This document shows positions 37,097 through 47,399 of a stretch of 64,000 nucleotides of DNA, in pieces. Numbering within the stretch: position 1 is the stretch's first letter; each line of letters begins with the position of its first letter. The position numbers and the translations under genes were made by a program. Source of the DNA: Pseudomonadota bacterium (GTDB lineage: Bacteria; Bdellovibrionota; FAC87; UBA2466). The notes under the pieces are model-generated. The model made no database searches. It saw nothing but the letters and a program-made list of their open reading frames with translations, and was not told the DNA's origin. The stretch is taken from NCBI GenBank assembly GCA_043718025.1, contig JAYSWN010000001.1, forward strand, positions 22,253 to 86,252, read 5' to 3'.

Positions 37097-37741
37097 ATGA
37101 CGTTTCCAAAAAGATTCATTGCGGTCGCAGGTAATATCGGCTCGGGCAAAACTACGCTTACCAATTTGCTGTCGCAGCATTATAGCTGGGAACCTCATTT
37201 TGAAGTGGTTACCGAGAATCCTTATTTGGCCGATTTCTATAACGACATGAAGCGTTGGTCACTTCCGCTTCAAGTTTTTTTTCTCTCAAAAAGGTTTCAG
37301 GCGCACCAGGCCATTTTGACCCAAGGCCGCTCGGCCATTCAAGACCGATCGATTTACGAAGATGCCCACATTTTTGCCCGTGCGTTATTTGAGGCCGGTA
37401 AGATGGAGAAGCGCGACTACGACAATTATTTTGAGCTTTATCAAACGATGGCGCAGTTTTTGATGCCACCCGATCTGGTGGTGTACGTGAAGCGCTCTAT
37501 ACCGATGCTTAAAGAACGCATTCGTGAGCGCGGTCGCGATTACGAAACCGACATTCCCACGGCGTATCTGGAGCATTTAAACGTATGCTACGACGAATGG
37601 ATTGATGGCTACCGCCTCGGCAAGGTGCTCACCATCGAAGCCGATCAGATGGACCTTAAAAACGATCCTACTCACTTTCAGTACGTGTGCGCGAAGATCG
37701 AAAACTCACTCGAACAGCCTGAGCTATTCACCGTCTGCTAA
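37097..37741 (+). CDS. Deoxynucleoside kinase
   Basis: AGNIGSGKTT, NPYLADFY, QDRSIYED, RGRDYE. Confidence 0.93.
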   Translation: MTFPKRFIAVAGNIGSGKTTLTNLLSQHYSWEPHFEVVTENPYLADFYNDMKRWSLPLQVFFLSKRFQAHQAILTQGRSAIQDRSIYEDAHIFARALFEAGKMEKRDYDNYFELYQTMAQFLMPPDLVVYVKRSIPMLKERIRERGRDYETDIPTAYLEHLNVCYDEWIDGYRLGKVLTIEADQMDLKNDPTHFQYVCAKIENSLEQPELFTVC

Positions 37742-37782
37742 TCGTAATAGAATGAGCCCCTATTCACTCTGGGGGGAGTCGC

Positions 37783-38865
37783 ATGAAACGATTGCTGGCG
37801 GTTGCATTGGGCCTTTTACTACTTTGGGGCTGTGGTCAGAATAGCGGTAGCACGAGTGGCAGCGCCAACCTGGTCTTTTTAAGCTCAACCCTGGGCCGAG
37901 CGCCGGTGGCGCGGGCCGGTGCAGCCTGTAGCGTTAGCCCGGTAGGCCCTGCGGTGAGCGGGCTTTGCTACACCCCCACCAAAATTTCTGGCGTCTTTAG
38001 CCAAATTAGCATCAGCAAAACTTCGGGGGGCGCTCCGGCGCGTTCACTGGGGGGCGGTACCGAGGTTGGCTTTGCTAATATTTTTAAGAACGCGCCGTTT
38101 AATTTAAAAACCTCGCCCACCATCGCCTCTTCCGACGACAACCTTCAAGATGGCACTGGCCCCTACAATATTTTGTCAGTGACCATGCAGGCGCTCGAGA
38201 TTGAGTTTACCGCCGAGAATCCGGCTAGGGTTTACCGCGTGCGCATCCCCTTTGCGTCAACCCCGCCGAGCAGTACGGCCGCCTACGCTACGTGCCTCAC
38301 GGCGGGAGAAAAAGACGAAGCCGACAAGTACGGCAAACTTTTTGGCTCTTCCGTGGTGCAGGCCGGCGATATTTTGGTTTGTATCAAAAACACGGTGACC
38401 GAAACGTGCGCCGATGCCGATTACCAATGGGTGAATGGCACCGCTTTAGTTCCCATTCGTCCGGGCAGTCCAAAACAGATCGCGGGCACTTACCTGCTGA
38501 AGGCAGATGCTTGTGTAGCGGGGGCGAGCCGGCCCTCTATTACCTGGGGCAGCGCTACCATGGATCTCAATCTGAGTGCGGCGGTGGATCTAACCGCGGC
38601 GATTAGCGCGGGCAAAAAAACTTATACCTCGGGCAAGACTTCCGGCAGCACGTTGACCGCGACGATAGATATTACGTCGACAAATTCGCTGTTTGTACCC
38701 ACCACCACGCTGGCCGGAGATTTAAATGCGGCGACCCAAACACAAATTTTGGGCGCCATCGATAACATCCTGCTTAAGCCCATCTACCTGAAGAAAGCGA
38801 AAACTTCGGCGGCCACGGTTACCGATGAAGGCATGAGCGCCACGGTCACCGTAAAAATAGAATAA
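37783..38865 (+). CDS. Ser/Thr/Ala-rich lipoprotein of unknown function
   Basis: GGGGGAG SD; lipobox LWGC; six further Cys; beta-rich composition. Confidence 0.75.
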   Translation: MKRLLAVALGLLLLWGCGQNSGSTSGSANLVFLSSTLGRAPVARAGAACSVSPVGPAVSGLCYTPTKISGVFSQISISKTSGGAPARSLGGGTEVGFANIFKNAPFNLKTSPTIASSDDNLQDGTGPYNILSVTMQALEIEFTAENPARVYRVRIPFASTPPSSTAAYATCLTAGEKDEADKYGKLFGSSVVQAGDILVCIKNTVTETCADADYQWVNGTALVPIRPGSPKQIAGTYLLKADACVAGASRPSITWGSATMDLNLSAAVDLTAAISAGKKTYTSGKTSGSTLTATIDITSTNSLFVPTTTLAGDLNAATQTQILGAIDNILLKPIYLKKAKTSAATVTDEGMSATVTVKIE

Positions 38866-38868
38866 CGA

Positions 38869-40005
38869 TTAGGTAAGGTCTTCGCCGCCGGCGAGATTTT
38901 TGGGAATCTCTTTGCGGCTGATGCAGTCGGCAAGCGTTTGGTGTTCAGGCAGACCGATGCTCTTGCCCACGGTGGTTACGTCCACCGGCTTGGTAACGTC
39001 GCAATAAACTTTTTTAGAGCTCTGAATGCGGTTGTAGGCGTCTTCAATGGTTTTTAGGGGAATGCGCTTAGACTCTACCGCTTTGATCACGGCTTCCATC
39101 GCGTGCAGATGAATGTCCATGTCGCCGCGATAAATTAAAACGTCGCAGCCGGCAACTACCGAAAGAATGGCGGCTTCGTCGGAGCCATAGTTATCGGCGA
39201 TGGCTTTCATTTCCATGTCGTCGCTGAAAATGAGGCGTGAAAAGCGCAGCTTCGCGCGCAAAATTTCTGTCAGAGTTTTATACGACATCGTGGCCGGGTA
39301 GGCGGAATCTAACGTGGGATTGATAATGTGGGCGGTCATGATGCCCTCCACGCGACTACGGATGGCACGACGAAAGGGAATAAATTCAAGCCCCTCAAGT
39401 TCATCGAGCGATTTGGTCACCTTGGGTAGCGACAAATGGGAGTCTTCGGCGGTGTCGCCGTGTCCAGGAAAGTGTTTGACCACCGAGATCACTCCCGATT
39501 TTTGAATGCCGCGGCTCACCGCCGAGCCAAGTCGGGCGCAAATTTCGGGGTCGGAAGAAAAGGCCCGGGTATTGATGATGGGTGATTTTGGGTTCGAATT
39601 TACATCCACTACCGGCGCGAAGTTAACGTTGATCCCCACCGCCTTAAGTTCTTTGCCGAGGATGGCGCCAAAGGCAAAGCCCACTTTCGGCGAGGCCATG
39701 TCGCCCAAAAAATCGTTGCTCGGAAATTTGGTGAAGGGCTTGTCCACCCGAGTCACCACGCCGCCTTCGTGATCAATCGAAATAAACAGCCCCGGCGTGT
39801 CTTTACCGCGGCAACCAAACTGAATCTCGTTCGAAAGTTCGGCCATCTGCGCGGGGCTTTCGACGTTGCGCTTGAAATAGATCGTTCCGCCCAAGTGGTG
39901 CTCTTGAATTAGCTTTTTAAATTCGTCAGGAACCGAATAGCCGTCAAAGCCCACGAGAAAAAGTTGCCCTACCATGTGCTTCAGGTTTTTGCCTTGCGTA
40001 GCCAT
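38869..40005 (-). CDS. nagZ: Beta-N-acetylhexosaminidase (GH3)
   Basis: IDHEGGVV.R, NFAPVVD, KHFPGHG...DSH, IMTAHI, FSDDMEM; ATG40005. Confidence 0.93.
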   Translation of the reverse strand: MATQGKNLKHMVGQLFLVGFDGYSVPDEFKKLIQEHHLGGTIYFKRNVESPAQMAELSNEIQFGCRGKDTPGLFISIDHEGGVVTRVDKPFTKFPSNDFLGDMASPKVGFAFGAILGKELKAVGINVNFAPVVDVNSNPKSPIINTRAFSSDPEICARLGSAVSRGIQKSGVISVVKHFPGHGDTAEDSHLSLPKVTKSLDELEGLEFIPFRRAIRSRVEGIMTAHIINPTLDSAYPATMSYKTLTEILRAKLRFSRLIFSDDMEMKAIADNYGSDEAAILSVVAGCDVLIYRGDMDIHLHAMEAVIKAVESKRIPLKTIEDAYNRIQSSKKVYCDVTKPVDVTTVGKSIGLPEHQTLADCISRKEIPKNLAGGEDLT

Positions 40006-40225
40006 TGGCTGCCACTCTTTCGTTAGGAGGAGGGGTGAGTTACTGCGTCGATCAACGATACCCAGTATAAAATTGTCGGAGGGGCGAAGCAAGAAACACC
40101 CGCTCAATGGCCTAACTTTGCTGAGTTTAGAGATGCGTGGCGTTAACCGGATCGCCGTTTCTTCAGGTTACAATGTTCGCTTCACTTTCAATAAACTGCC
40201 CCCTCCCCCAAAAAAAGGATTGTTA

Positions 40226-41149
40226 ATGAAAAGCTCAGTCATCGCCCTAATTGCCCTGTTCACTCTTCTTCTGCTCGTGGCCTGCAGCAAGACCACCACC
40301 TCTGAAGCGGATGACACTTCTAATACGGACCTGGCCACCAGCGTGACCGAGGTAGGCGATATGGCAGGCTCCGGCGCAACCGGGGCGGGAAGGCTACTTG
40401 AAGAGATGGATGAAGCCTTAGAGGCTTTACCCCGGGCGAGCTGCAGCACCATCGCCTTCGGCAGTTGTGTGTCGGGGGTTTTAGAGCGCAATTTTTCAAG
40501 CCCCACTGAGGGGTATTGTACCCGTGGCCCGGCAAACGGAATTCGTACCTTTGGCAAAGCGATTCTAACTTTTGCCAATGTTACGGCCTGCGGTTTTGAA
40601 GCGGTGGGCGCGGCCGATACCAACACGCCAAGTATCACCCGAACTCTCGACAACCACTATTTGCAACGCGGGGCTTCCGGCCGAAAGCTATTGATCTACA
40701 CGGGGGCCGGAACGGTTGGCGGACAGACGATTGGGGCCGACGACTTAAAAGACTTTGAAGGCACCACCCGTTCGGGCGGCGCTACCGTCAAAAAATTGAC
40801 GACCGGCAAGAAGCTCACCATCAACGGCATTCACCGGCGCGGCCTCACTGCCGGCGGCAAGTACACAATGTGGCACACTCTCTATACTGACGCCGATGGC
40901 ATTACCGTGACCAATGCTGGTCTGGACCGGGTGATGGACGGAACGATGTACGTGATGCACAACCGCGCCAGCCGAAAAATTACGAAAACACTCACCGCGG
41001 TCACTTTTACGGCGGCCTGCCGTTTCCCGATTTCGGGCACCACGGCCTTTAGTTGGACCGGCGGATCGTTCACCGTAACTTGGGGAGCTTGCGGCTCGGC
41101 GACAGTGGATGGTGCGGCCACCACACTAGACACCGAGAGTGCAGGATAA
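40226..41149 (+). CDS. Thr/Gly-rich lipoprotein of unknown function
   Basis: AAAGGA SD before ATG40226; lipobox LVAC; six further Cys. Confidence 0.75.
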   Translation: MKSSVIALIALFTLLLLVACSKTTTSEADDTSNTDLATSVTEVGDMAGSGATGAGRLLEEMDEALEALPRASCSTIAFGSCVSGVLERNFSSPTEGYCTRGPANGIRTFGKAILTFANVTACGFEAVGAADTNTPSITRTLDNHYLQRGASGRKLLIYTGAGTVGGQTIGADDLKDFEGTTRSGGATVKKLTTGKKLTINGIHRRGLTAGGKYTMWHTLYTDADGITVTNAGLDRVMDGTMYVMHNRASRKITKTLTAVTFTAACRFPISGTTAFSWTGGSFTVTWGACGSATVDGAATTLDTESAG

Positions 41150-41176
41150 AGGTAGTTACGAAAAATGGGCCGCGGC

Positions 41177-43027
41177 TTAACCGCCGGCCAATTCGCCTTT
41201 TTCTTCTTTGGGCTTTCGAATAATCGATCGCTTGCCGCTGTCGAGGATGCGCTTGCGTAAACGCAAGAAATGAGGGGTGACCTCAAGCACTTCGTCATCG
41301 GCCAGCCACGCCACGGCCCACTCGATGGTCATCGGGGGTACCGGCGTCAGAATAATGTTTTCGTCGGAACCGGCGGCGCGAATGTTGGTTAACTTCTTAC
41401 CGCGGGTAGGATCGACGTTGATGTCGTTGGCCTTGTTGTGCTCGCCGCACACCATGCCTTCGTAAACTTCGGTACCTTCAGGCACGAACATTTTTCCGCG
41501 CGGCTCGAGATTAAACAGGGCGTAACCAGTTGTTTCGCCCTTACGATCGCAAACGATGGCTCCGTTATTGCGATCCATTACGTGTCCCTTCCACGGAATG
41601 TAGCCTTTTAGGTAAGAGCTCATCAGACCAAGCCCGCGAGTGACGTTCATGAACTCCGACCGGTAGCCAATCAAGCCACGCGAAGGGATATCAAACTCAA
41701 GACGAACTCGGTCGCTGCCACGCTTTTCTAAATTGGTCATCTCACCCTTGCGCGTGCCCATGCGCTCGGTGATCGGACCAATGCAGCTTTCAGGAATGTC
41801 CATGATGACATGGTCTTGAGGTTCTTGAAGCTGGCCTTCCACTTTTCGCGTGATCACTTTGGGGCGACCTAACAAAAATTCGTAACCTTCGCGGCGCATC
41901 TGTTCGGCCAGTACGGCGAATTGTAACTCGCCACGGCCCCTTAGAACGATGGTGTCGGCCGAGGTCGTACTTTTTTCGGCTTGGAGAGAAACGTTGGTCC
42001 GCAGTTCGCGTAAAACGCGATCCCAGATCACTCGTGAGGTTAAGCGGTCGCCATCTTTCCCTGAGAACGGCCCGTTATTCACGAGCATCTCGATAGAAAT
42101 AGTGGGCTCTTCAATGACGATACGGGGTAAAGGCTTGGGGTCGAGCACCGAACAGACGGTGTCACCAATTTTCAGCTCTTCAATTCCCGCCACAATACAA
42201 ATGTCGCCGGCTTCCGCCTTTTCAATCGGGGCGGTCGCCAAACCGCGGTAGCCAAACAGCGCCGTGATTTTAGTCTCTTTGCTCATGCCGCCGGCTTGCG
42301 ACAGCGTCACTTTGTCGCCAACCTGGATCGATCCGCCGTAAATACGGCCGATGGCTAAGCGGCCCAAATAGTCGCTGTAACCCATGTTTGAGATCAAAAG
42401 CTGCAAACCGTTGTCGTAAGTAGTTGGACCGGGCAAGTGCTCAATAATGGCGTCAAACAACGGCACCAAATCTTTTCCTTCGCTGGCCTTTTCAATGTCA
42501 TTTACCGCTATGCGCTTACGGGCATTGGTGTACATGATCTTAAAATCGATGTGGTGGTCGGCCGCTTCGAGATCGAAAAACAGCTGGTAAATCTCTTCGA
42601 GCACTTCGGCGATGCGCGCATCGGGTCGGTCGATCTTGTTGATCACCACGATAATTTTAACGTTACGCTCTAAAGCGTGGCGCAACACAAATCGGGTCTG
42701 GGGAAGTGGCCCTTCGGCCGCATCGACCAAAAGTAAGGCACCGTCGACCATCGACAGTCCCCGCTCAACCTCTCCACCGAAGTCGGCATGGCCAGGGGTG
42801 TCCACAATGTTGATGCGCGTGTCTTTATAGACAAAAGACGCATTCTTAGCGACCAGGGTAATACCGCGTTCGCGTTCAATATCGATGTTGTCCATCGCCC
42901 GTTCGGCAATGTGTTGGTTGTCGCGGAAGAGCCCGCTTTGCCACAAAAGACCGTCGACGAGGGTGGTTTTCCCGTGATCCACGTGGGCGATAATGGCAAT
43001 GTTTCGAATTTTCGGATTGATAGTCAT
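41177..43027 (-). CDS. typA: Translational GTPase TypA/BipA
   Basis: [54 protein letters not shown]. Confidence 0.98.
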   Translation of the reverse strand: MTINPKIRNIAIIAHVDHGKTTLVDGLLWQSGLFRDNQHIAERAMDNIDIERERGITLVAKNASFVYKDTRINIVDTPGHADFGGEVERGLSMVDGALLLVDAAEGPLPQTRFVLRHALERNVKIIVVINKIDRPDARIAEVLEEIYQLFFDLEAADHHIDFKIMYTNARKRIAVNDIEKASEGKDLVPLFDAIIEHLPGPTTYDNGLQLLISNMGYSDYLGRLAIGRIYGGSIQVGDKVTLSQAGGMSKETKITALFGYRGLATAPIEKAEAGDICIVAGIEELKIGDTVCSVLDPKPLPRIVIEEPTISIEMLVNNGPFSGKDGDRLTSRVIWDRVLRELRTNVSLQAEKSTTSADTIVLRGRGELQFAVLAEQMRREGYEFLLGRPKVITRKVEGQLQEPQDHVIMDIPESCIGPITERMGTRKGEMTNLEKRGSDRVRLEFDIPSRGLIGYRSEFMNVTRGLGLMSSYLKGYIPWKGHVMDRNNGAIVCDRKGETTGYALFNLEPRGKMFVPEGTEVYEGMVCGEHNKANDINVDPTRGKKLTNIRAAGSDENIILTPVPPMTIEWAVAWLADDEVLEVTPHFLRLRKRILDSGKRSIIRKPKEEKGELAGG

Positions 43028-43152
43028 TTTAAAAAAATTAAGGATTACCGTACTTTATTGATTGTTAATTGAAAACCCCAAAGGTCAATGCTAAGTACCG
43101 GCTTCCCTTTTTTTAACTGAGTTTTTAATTAAGGCCGTTGGGTTTTACCGAA

Positions 43153-43962
43153 ATGGAAATAGGAAGCAAGTCAGAAAACGTTAAAGATGCCCCGAAGCCG
43201 CATCTTAAAGGTACGAAGCCGAGCCGCGTAAAGGCCCCGCGGGGTCGTCGCCGGCCCAGTTTTGTTTGGCCGCCGCCCTCCGAATTACCCCGTTGTAACG
43301 TCTGTTTTAAGCCCGAAGGCGTCTGTTTTTGCCCCGACATTCAGGCTCACAAGAGTGCCGTAGAGATAGTGATTCTTCAGCACCCTAGCGAAGCCCGAAA
43401 TCCAGAAAGCACCGCGCGCCTGGCCTCGTTGGCCTGGAAAGACTCGCTGCACGTTGTTGGGCTATCCTGGCCTTCGCTGTCGAAGCTTTTAGAACGCGAA
43501 GTGAATCCTAGCGAGTGGGCCGTGCTTTACCTCGGAACTAAAAAAGATACCGAGAAGCTCAAGGTCGAAGGCAGTGTTTTGGTTTCACGCGGCGGCGACC
43601 CCAAGGACATTGGCCGGCTAAAGGGCTTAATCTTTATCGATGGCAACTGGCGCCAGTCTAAAACCTTGTGGTGGCGTAACCCCTGGTTGAATCGCATGAA
43701 CCGGTTGATACTCCAGCCCAAAGTGGCGTCGGCCTATTCTGAAGCGCGCCGCCAGCCCCGTAAAGAGTGCCTATCTACGATTGAAGCCGTGGGCAACGCC
43801 CTCTCTTTTTTGAAGAAGGAAGAGAGTTCGGCGAACCGCATGACTTCAATTTTGCAACGGCACTTGAAGCTGCTACGCGAGTTTAAACAGCAGCTAAAGC
43901 ATCCGGTGACGCCGATGACCACCGTGGCCACCCCGCTCGACACTGAAGAGCCCGGCTGCTAA
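43153..43962 (+). CDS. DTW-domain protein (tRNA-uridine aminocarboxypropyltransferase family), paralogue 1
   Basis: CNVC...CFC, ILQHPSE...STARL, IDGNWRQSK, CLSTIEA. Confidence 0.85.
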   Translation: MEIGSKSENVKDAPKPHLKGTKPSRVKAPRGRRRPSFVWPPPSELPRCNVCFKPEGVCFCPDIQAHKSAVEIVILQHPSEARNPESTARLASLAWKDSLHVVGLSWPSLSKLLEREVNPSEWAVLYLGTKKDTEKLKVEGSVLVSRGGDPKDIGRLKGLIFIDGNWRQSKTLWWRNPWLNRMNRLILQPKVASAYSEARRQPRKECLSTIEAVGNALSFLKKEESSANRMTSILQRHLKLLREFKQQLKHPVTPMTTVATPLDTEEPGC

Positions 43963-43972
43963 AAATCTTAAA

Positions 43973-44788
43973 ATGGAAAAGTTAATTATTACGGCGGCTA
44001 TCACCGGCGCCGAGCTTGATAAAAAGAAACATCCGGTTTTGCCGGTCACCGCCGAAGAGCAGGCCTTAGCGTCCAAAGAGTGCGTCGAGGCCGGGGCCAG
44101 CATCATTCATCTACATGTGCGCGATGACCAAGGGCAGCCTAGCCAGGAGTTGGCGCACTTCAAACGTTCGGTCGACGCGATTCGCAAAGCTTGCAATCAA
44201 AAAGTGGTGCTGCAGTTTTCTACCGGCGGCGCCGTGGGCGAAAAAATGGAGCGGAGGATCGCCCCGATGTCGCTCCAGCCCGAGATGGCATCTTTTAATA
44301 TCGGCACGATGAATTTTGGTGAAGACATTTTTGTGAACACCTTTGCCGAAATGAGATCGCTCGGTGAGGCATTTAAAAAATACAAGGTATTGCCCGAGTT
44401 CGAAATCTACGACGCCGGCCACCTAGATAATTTGCGTAAGCTCATTAAAGAGGGCGTGGTTGCGGCGCCGTTTCATTGTCAGTTCGTGCTCGGCGTGCCC
44501 GGTGCGCTTTCTGGCGAAGTGTCTTCTCTAGTTTATTTGGTCGAGCACCTTCCCCCCCATTCGTTCTGGGGCGTGGCCGGAGTGGGGCGTTATCAACTGC
44601 CCCTTGCGGCCCACGCTATCGCCATGGGCGGTCACGTGCGCGTCGGGCTCGAAGACAATACCAACTACCTCAAAGGGCAGCCGGCCAAGAGCAATGCCGA
44701 GCTGGTCGCTCGCGTGGTGCGTTTAGCCAAAGAGCTGGGCCGCGAAGTGGCCTCGGCAAGCGAAGCGCGGCAAATACTGGGGCTGTAG
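43973..44788 (+). CDS. kce: 3-keto-5-aminohexanoate cleavage enzyme (BKACE family)
   Basis: KLIITAAITGAE, GASIIHLHVRD, STGG, EFEIYD.GH, GGHVRVGLED; kdd present in the same window. Confidence 0.88.
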   Translation: MEKLIITAAITGAELDKKKHPVLPVTAEEQALASKECVEAGASIIHLHVRDDQGQPSQELAHFKRSVDAIRKACNQKVVLQFSTGGAVGEKMERRIAPMSLQPEMASFNIGTMNFGEDIFVNTFAEMRSLGEAFKKYKVLPEFEIYDAGHLDNLRKLIKEGVVAAPFHCQFVLGVPGALSGEVSSLVYLVEHLPPHSFWGVAGVGRYQLPLAAHAIAMGGHVRVGLEDNTNYLKGQPAKSNAELVARVVRLAKELGREVASASEARQILGL

Positions 44789-44838
44789 TTAACGCACCGT
44801 CCCTCCGGCTTCGCCTCTAAAATACCGATGAAGACAAG

Positions 44839-45657
44839 GTGAAGGTGCTTACTTTAACCTTGTGGCTATTTGCAATGATGCATGGCGTCTCTGTGCGCGC
44901 CGGTGAAGTTACGATTTTAAGTGCCCTTCCCGACAATATTTACAGTATTTCCAAAGATCCAAAAAAAGAGTGGTTGGTAAACGATCGCATCTGCTTTCGC
45001 CGGCTTGATCATAAGGGGCGAGAGATTAACTTGCGTGAGATCCTGGCGTGCGGTCAGGTGCTCGATATTTTGGATGAAGATTTTTTGGTTCATATCATCA
45101 GCCGCAACGTTAAATTGCGGGCGGGCGCTAAATTAAAGGTTTGGAAACCGGGCGGAAAGACCTATCAACGTACCGCTGAGTTTGCTAAGCGCACGCTCTC
45201 CACCAACCTTCCCAATCCCTTTGACCAACGGGTGGTTTCGGTTGGCATGCAGTATTTATCGCCATTTCTCCACGTCGAACAGGGAGTCTCAAACTCTTTC
45301 ATGGTGGGCTTTCAACCCTCTTACACCGCGCTGAATTTTGGGCCGGGGCAAATTCGCGGTTTTGCCTACCACCTCACGGCCAGTTATTACCTCGAAGAGT
45401 TGCTGCAAGGGCCGTACGTTCAACTTGGCGCCGGGCTTTTTTTCTTTCAAGGTAGTGTTTCGTTGAATGAGTTCAGTAAAATTTCCCCTTCCGTGCACCT
45501 GTCGGCTGGCTGGCGTTTTCTGCTGCTGGGTGATCGTTTGAGCGTTGGCGTCACCGCCGGTGGGCAATACGTGGTGAATCACGTCTTCAGTCAATTCATT
45601 CTAGACTGGAACGGCCTAATTCCTTTGGGCCTGCTGCAGATTGGTTACAAGTTTTAG
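44839..45657 (+). CDS. Exported protein with probable C-terminal outer-membrane beta-barrel
   Basis: Signal-like N-terminus; alternating amphipathic strands; terminal IGYKF. Confidence 0.65.
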   Translation: MKVLTLTLWLFAMMHGVSVRAGEVTILSALPDNIYSISKDPKKEWLVNDRICFRRLDHKGREINLREILACGQVLDILDEDFLVHIISRNVKLRAGAKLKVWKPGGKTYQRTAEFAKRTLSTNLPNPFDQRVVSVGMQYLSPFLHVEQGVSNSFMVGFQPSYTALNFGPGQIRGFAYHLTASYYLEELLQGPYVQLGAGLFFFQGSVSLNEFSKISPSVHLSAGWRFLLLGDRLSVGVTAGGQYVVNHVFSQFILDWNGLIPLGLLQIGYKF

Positions 45658-45986
45658 GACTTGGTGGCTTCAACGAAACGCAGGCGCACTTCGGTGAGCA
45701 GCGCGGTAAGCAGATGATCTTCTTCGGGGGTGCAATTGCCTTTGGTCTTGACCTGAAGCAGCTCAAGAATCTGAATGTTCTGTTTGGCGAGATTAAGGTT
45801 TTTTTCAATCTTGTTACTGGCCGGATCCGGCGTGGCACCAATTTGAATCATGGCGCCGGTGGCTAAGGACAAACAGAGCGCCGAAAAATCTACGTTGTGC
45901 GCCTCGCCAGGATTTGCCGGCGTTCCCGGCTTTGCGTCGGTGGCGATAAAGGTTTCTCCCTTTTTTTCGCTATCATTACCCATCAT
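45654..45986 (-). CDS. DUF1844-family protein
   Basis: FS.L..SL...AM..IG..P.P....NL.LAKQ.I..LELL..KTKGN...EE..LL...L...RLRFV pattern. Confidence 0.85.
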   Translation of the reverse strand: MMGNDSEKKGETFIATDAKPGTPANPGEAHNVDFSALCLSLATGAMIQIGATPDPASNKIEKNLNLAKQNIQILELLQVKTKGNCTPEEDHLLTALLTEVRLRFVEATKS

Positions 45987-46633
45987 CCGGCCACCTCAGG
46001 AATTGGCGCCGCAACGGCCGCTGGCTTCGGCGGCGCCTTGGCGGCTTTGGCCTTGGCGGCGGCTTCTAAATCACGAATTTTTTTACGGCGAACTACCAGC
46101 TCTTCGTAATCCAAAGTCATTACCGGAGCCGGGTCTGGAGCCGCGGAGGGCAATTTAACGAGCGAAGCCGGGGGCGGTTTCCCCTTGCCGTGATAAATTT
46201 TGCGAAGGGAACGTAAGGTCAGCTCTTTTTGAATGGTGATCTCTTCGACGGTTCGCATGTCGATGGTGATCATGGCGCCTTTGGCGCGGGCGCCAACTTC
46301 AATCAGCTCCTTTAAAATGGCCGGCAGCTCGATAGTTAACGCAAAAGGGTTTTTGGCTAACGGGTCAAAGGTGTAGCAGTAAGTGCCCTCTTTTACCTGG
46401 TAGTCAGGGGCCAAAAAAGACATTCGGATGCGGTAAACCTGGACGTTGAAAACGCTCGGCCGCCACGAAGACCACAACGTGAGCGATCCGGGTTTGTCGC
46501 CTGGGCAAACATGAAGGCTGGGCTTGGCGCCGGCCTTCTTGCCTTCGAATGCTAAAACCACCAGCACTATAGCCGTAGCGAAGAAACCGCCCACCGCAAC
46601 CACTGCCAAAAATAAACTTAGCCACACCGGCAT
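45983..46633 (-). CDS. Membrane-anchored hypothetical protein
   Basis: N-terminal TM helix, Ala/Pro-rich tail; stop overlaps the DUF1844 start. Confidence 0.7.
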   Translation of the reverse strand: MPVWLSLFLAVVAVGGFFATAIVLVVLAFEGKKAGAKPSLHVCPGDKPGSLTLWSSWRPSVFNVQVYRIRMSFLAPDYQVKEGTYCYTFDPLAKNPFALTIELPAILKELIEVGARAKGAMITIDMRTVEEITIQKELTLRSLRKIYHGKGKPPPASLVKLPSAAPDPAPVMTLDYEELVVRRKKIRDLEAAAKAKAAKAPPKPAAVAAPIPEVAG

Positions 46634-46712
46634 AGAAAGCCCTCGGAATTAGACCGAACCCGCTTGATTTGGTACACGAAACAGGCCAGTTTGTACCACC
46701 TCGGAGGTTTTT

Positions 46713-47378
46713 TTGTCGAGTCTTCGGTTAAAAGCGCTCTACGCACTTTGTGCCCAATTGATCTTTAATTGCCCTGGCCTTGGCGCGGATTATTCTACTT
46801 CGGTAACCGCCAGAGTGCGTCCGATTTCCCCGCTCACCACCGGATTAAATTTCATCTACTCCCCGTTGCTTTTAAAGGGCTTTGAGTGGGACCCGGGCGA
46901 GCGTTTTGAAAAAACCGGTTACGCCTTGAATCTTGAGGTGGAGTGGCTGCCGTTTGCCGACCTGTGGGGCAAGCCGGCAATCGGCACGACTTTCGGCTAT
47001 TCTCAGGTGGCTGACCTCACCGCCTCGCCAAAACGGGAGCTTCACCTGTTTCCCGTGGGGCTCTTTTTTTCTTACCGCTTCGATTACCTCAACCGCCAGT
47101 GGTTGGTGCCCTACGTCAAAGCCGGCGGCTCAGTGATTTTTGCGCAACGAAGCTCAGGTGGTCAGATTGAGAACGTGTGGCATTGGGATTACGGCGCAGG
47201 GTTGGCCATTTCGCTGGGCGCCATCGACACCTATTCGGTGCGCCATCTCGACTCCAAAATTGGCATCAACGATTTTTTTATCACCGTAGAGTACGTAAAG
47301 TCGGTGCCGATGCGTGGCGGCAATTCACTCAACCTCGCGCACGAGGAGTTTAGGTTTGGCATCCGTTTTGAGATTTAA
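46713..47378 (+). CDS. Outer-membrane beta-barrel protein (MXAN_2562-like)
   Basis: GGAGG SD; YRFDY...LVPYVK.G, D......LD..IGIN motif; terminal GIRFEI. Confidence 0.65.
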   Translation: MSSLRLKALYALCAQLIFNCPGLGADYSTSVTARVRPISPLTTGLNFIYSPLLLKGFEWDPGERFEKTGYALNLEVEWLPFADLWGKPAIGTTFGYSQVADLTASPKRELHLFPVGLFFSYRFDYLNRQWLVPYVKAGGSVIFAQRSSGGQIENVWHWDYGAGLAISLGAIDTYSVRHLDSKIGINDFFITVEYVKSVPMRGGNSLNLAHEEFRFGIRFEI

Positions 47379-47399
47379 GCGGTAAAAGCGGCTAAAAAA

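Noticed and set aside
40108..40121. Sigma54-like TGGCCTAACTTTGC upstream of the lipoprotein
   Set aside because: GG-GC spacing is 9, not the strict 10.
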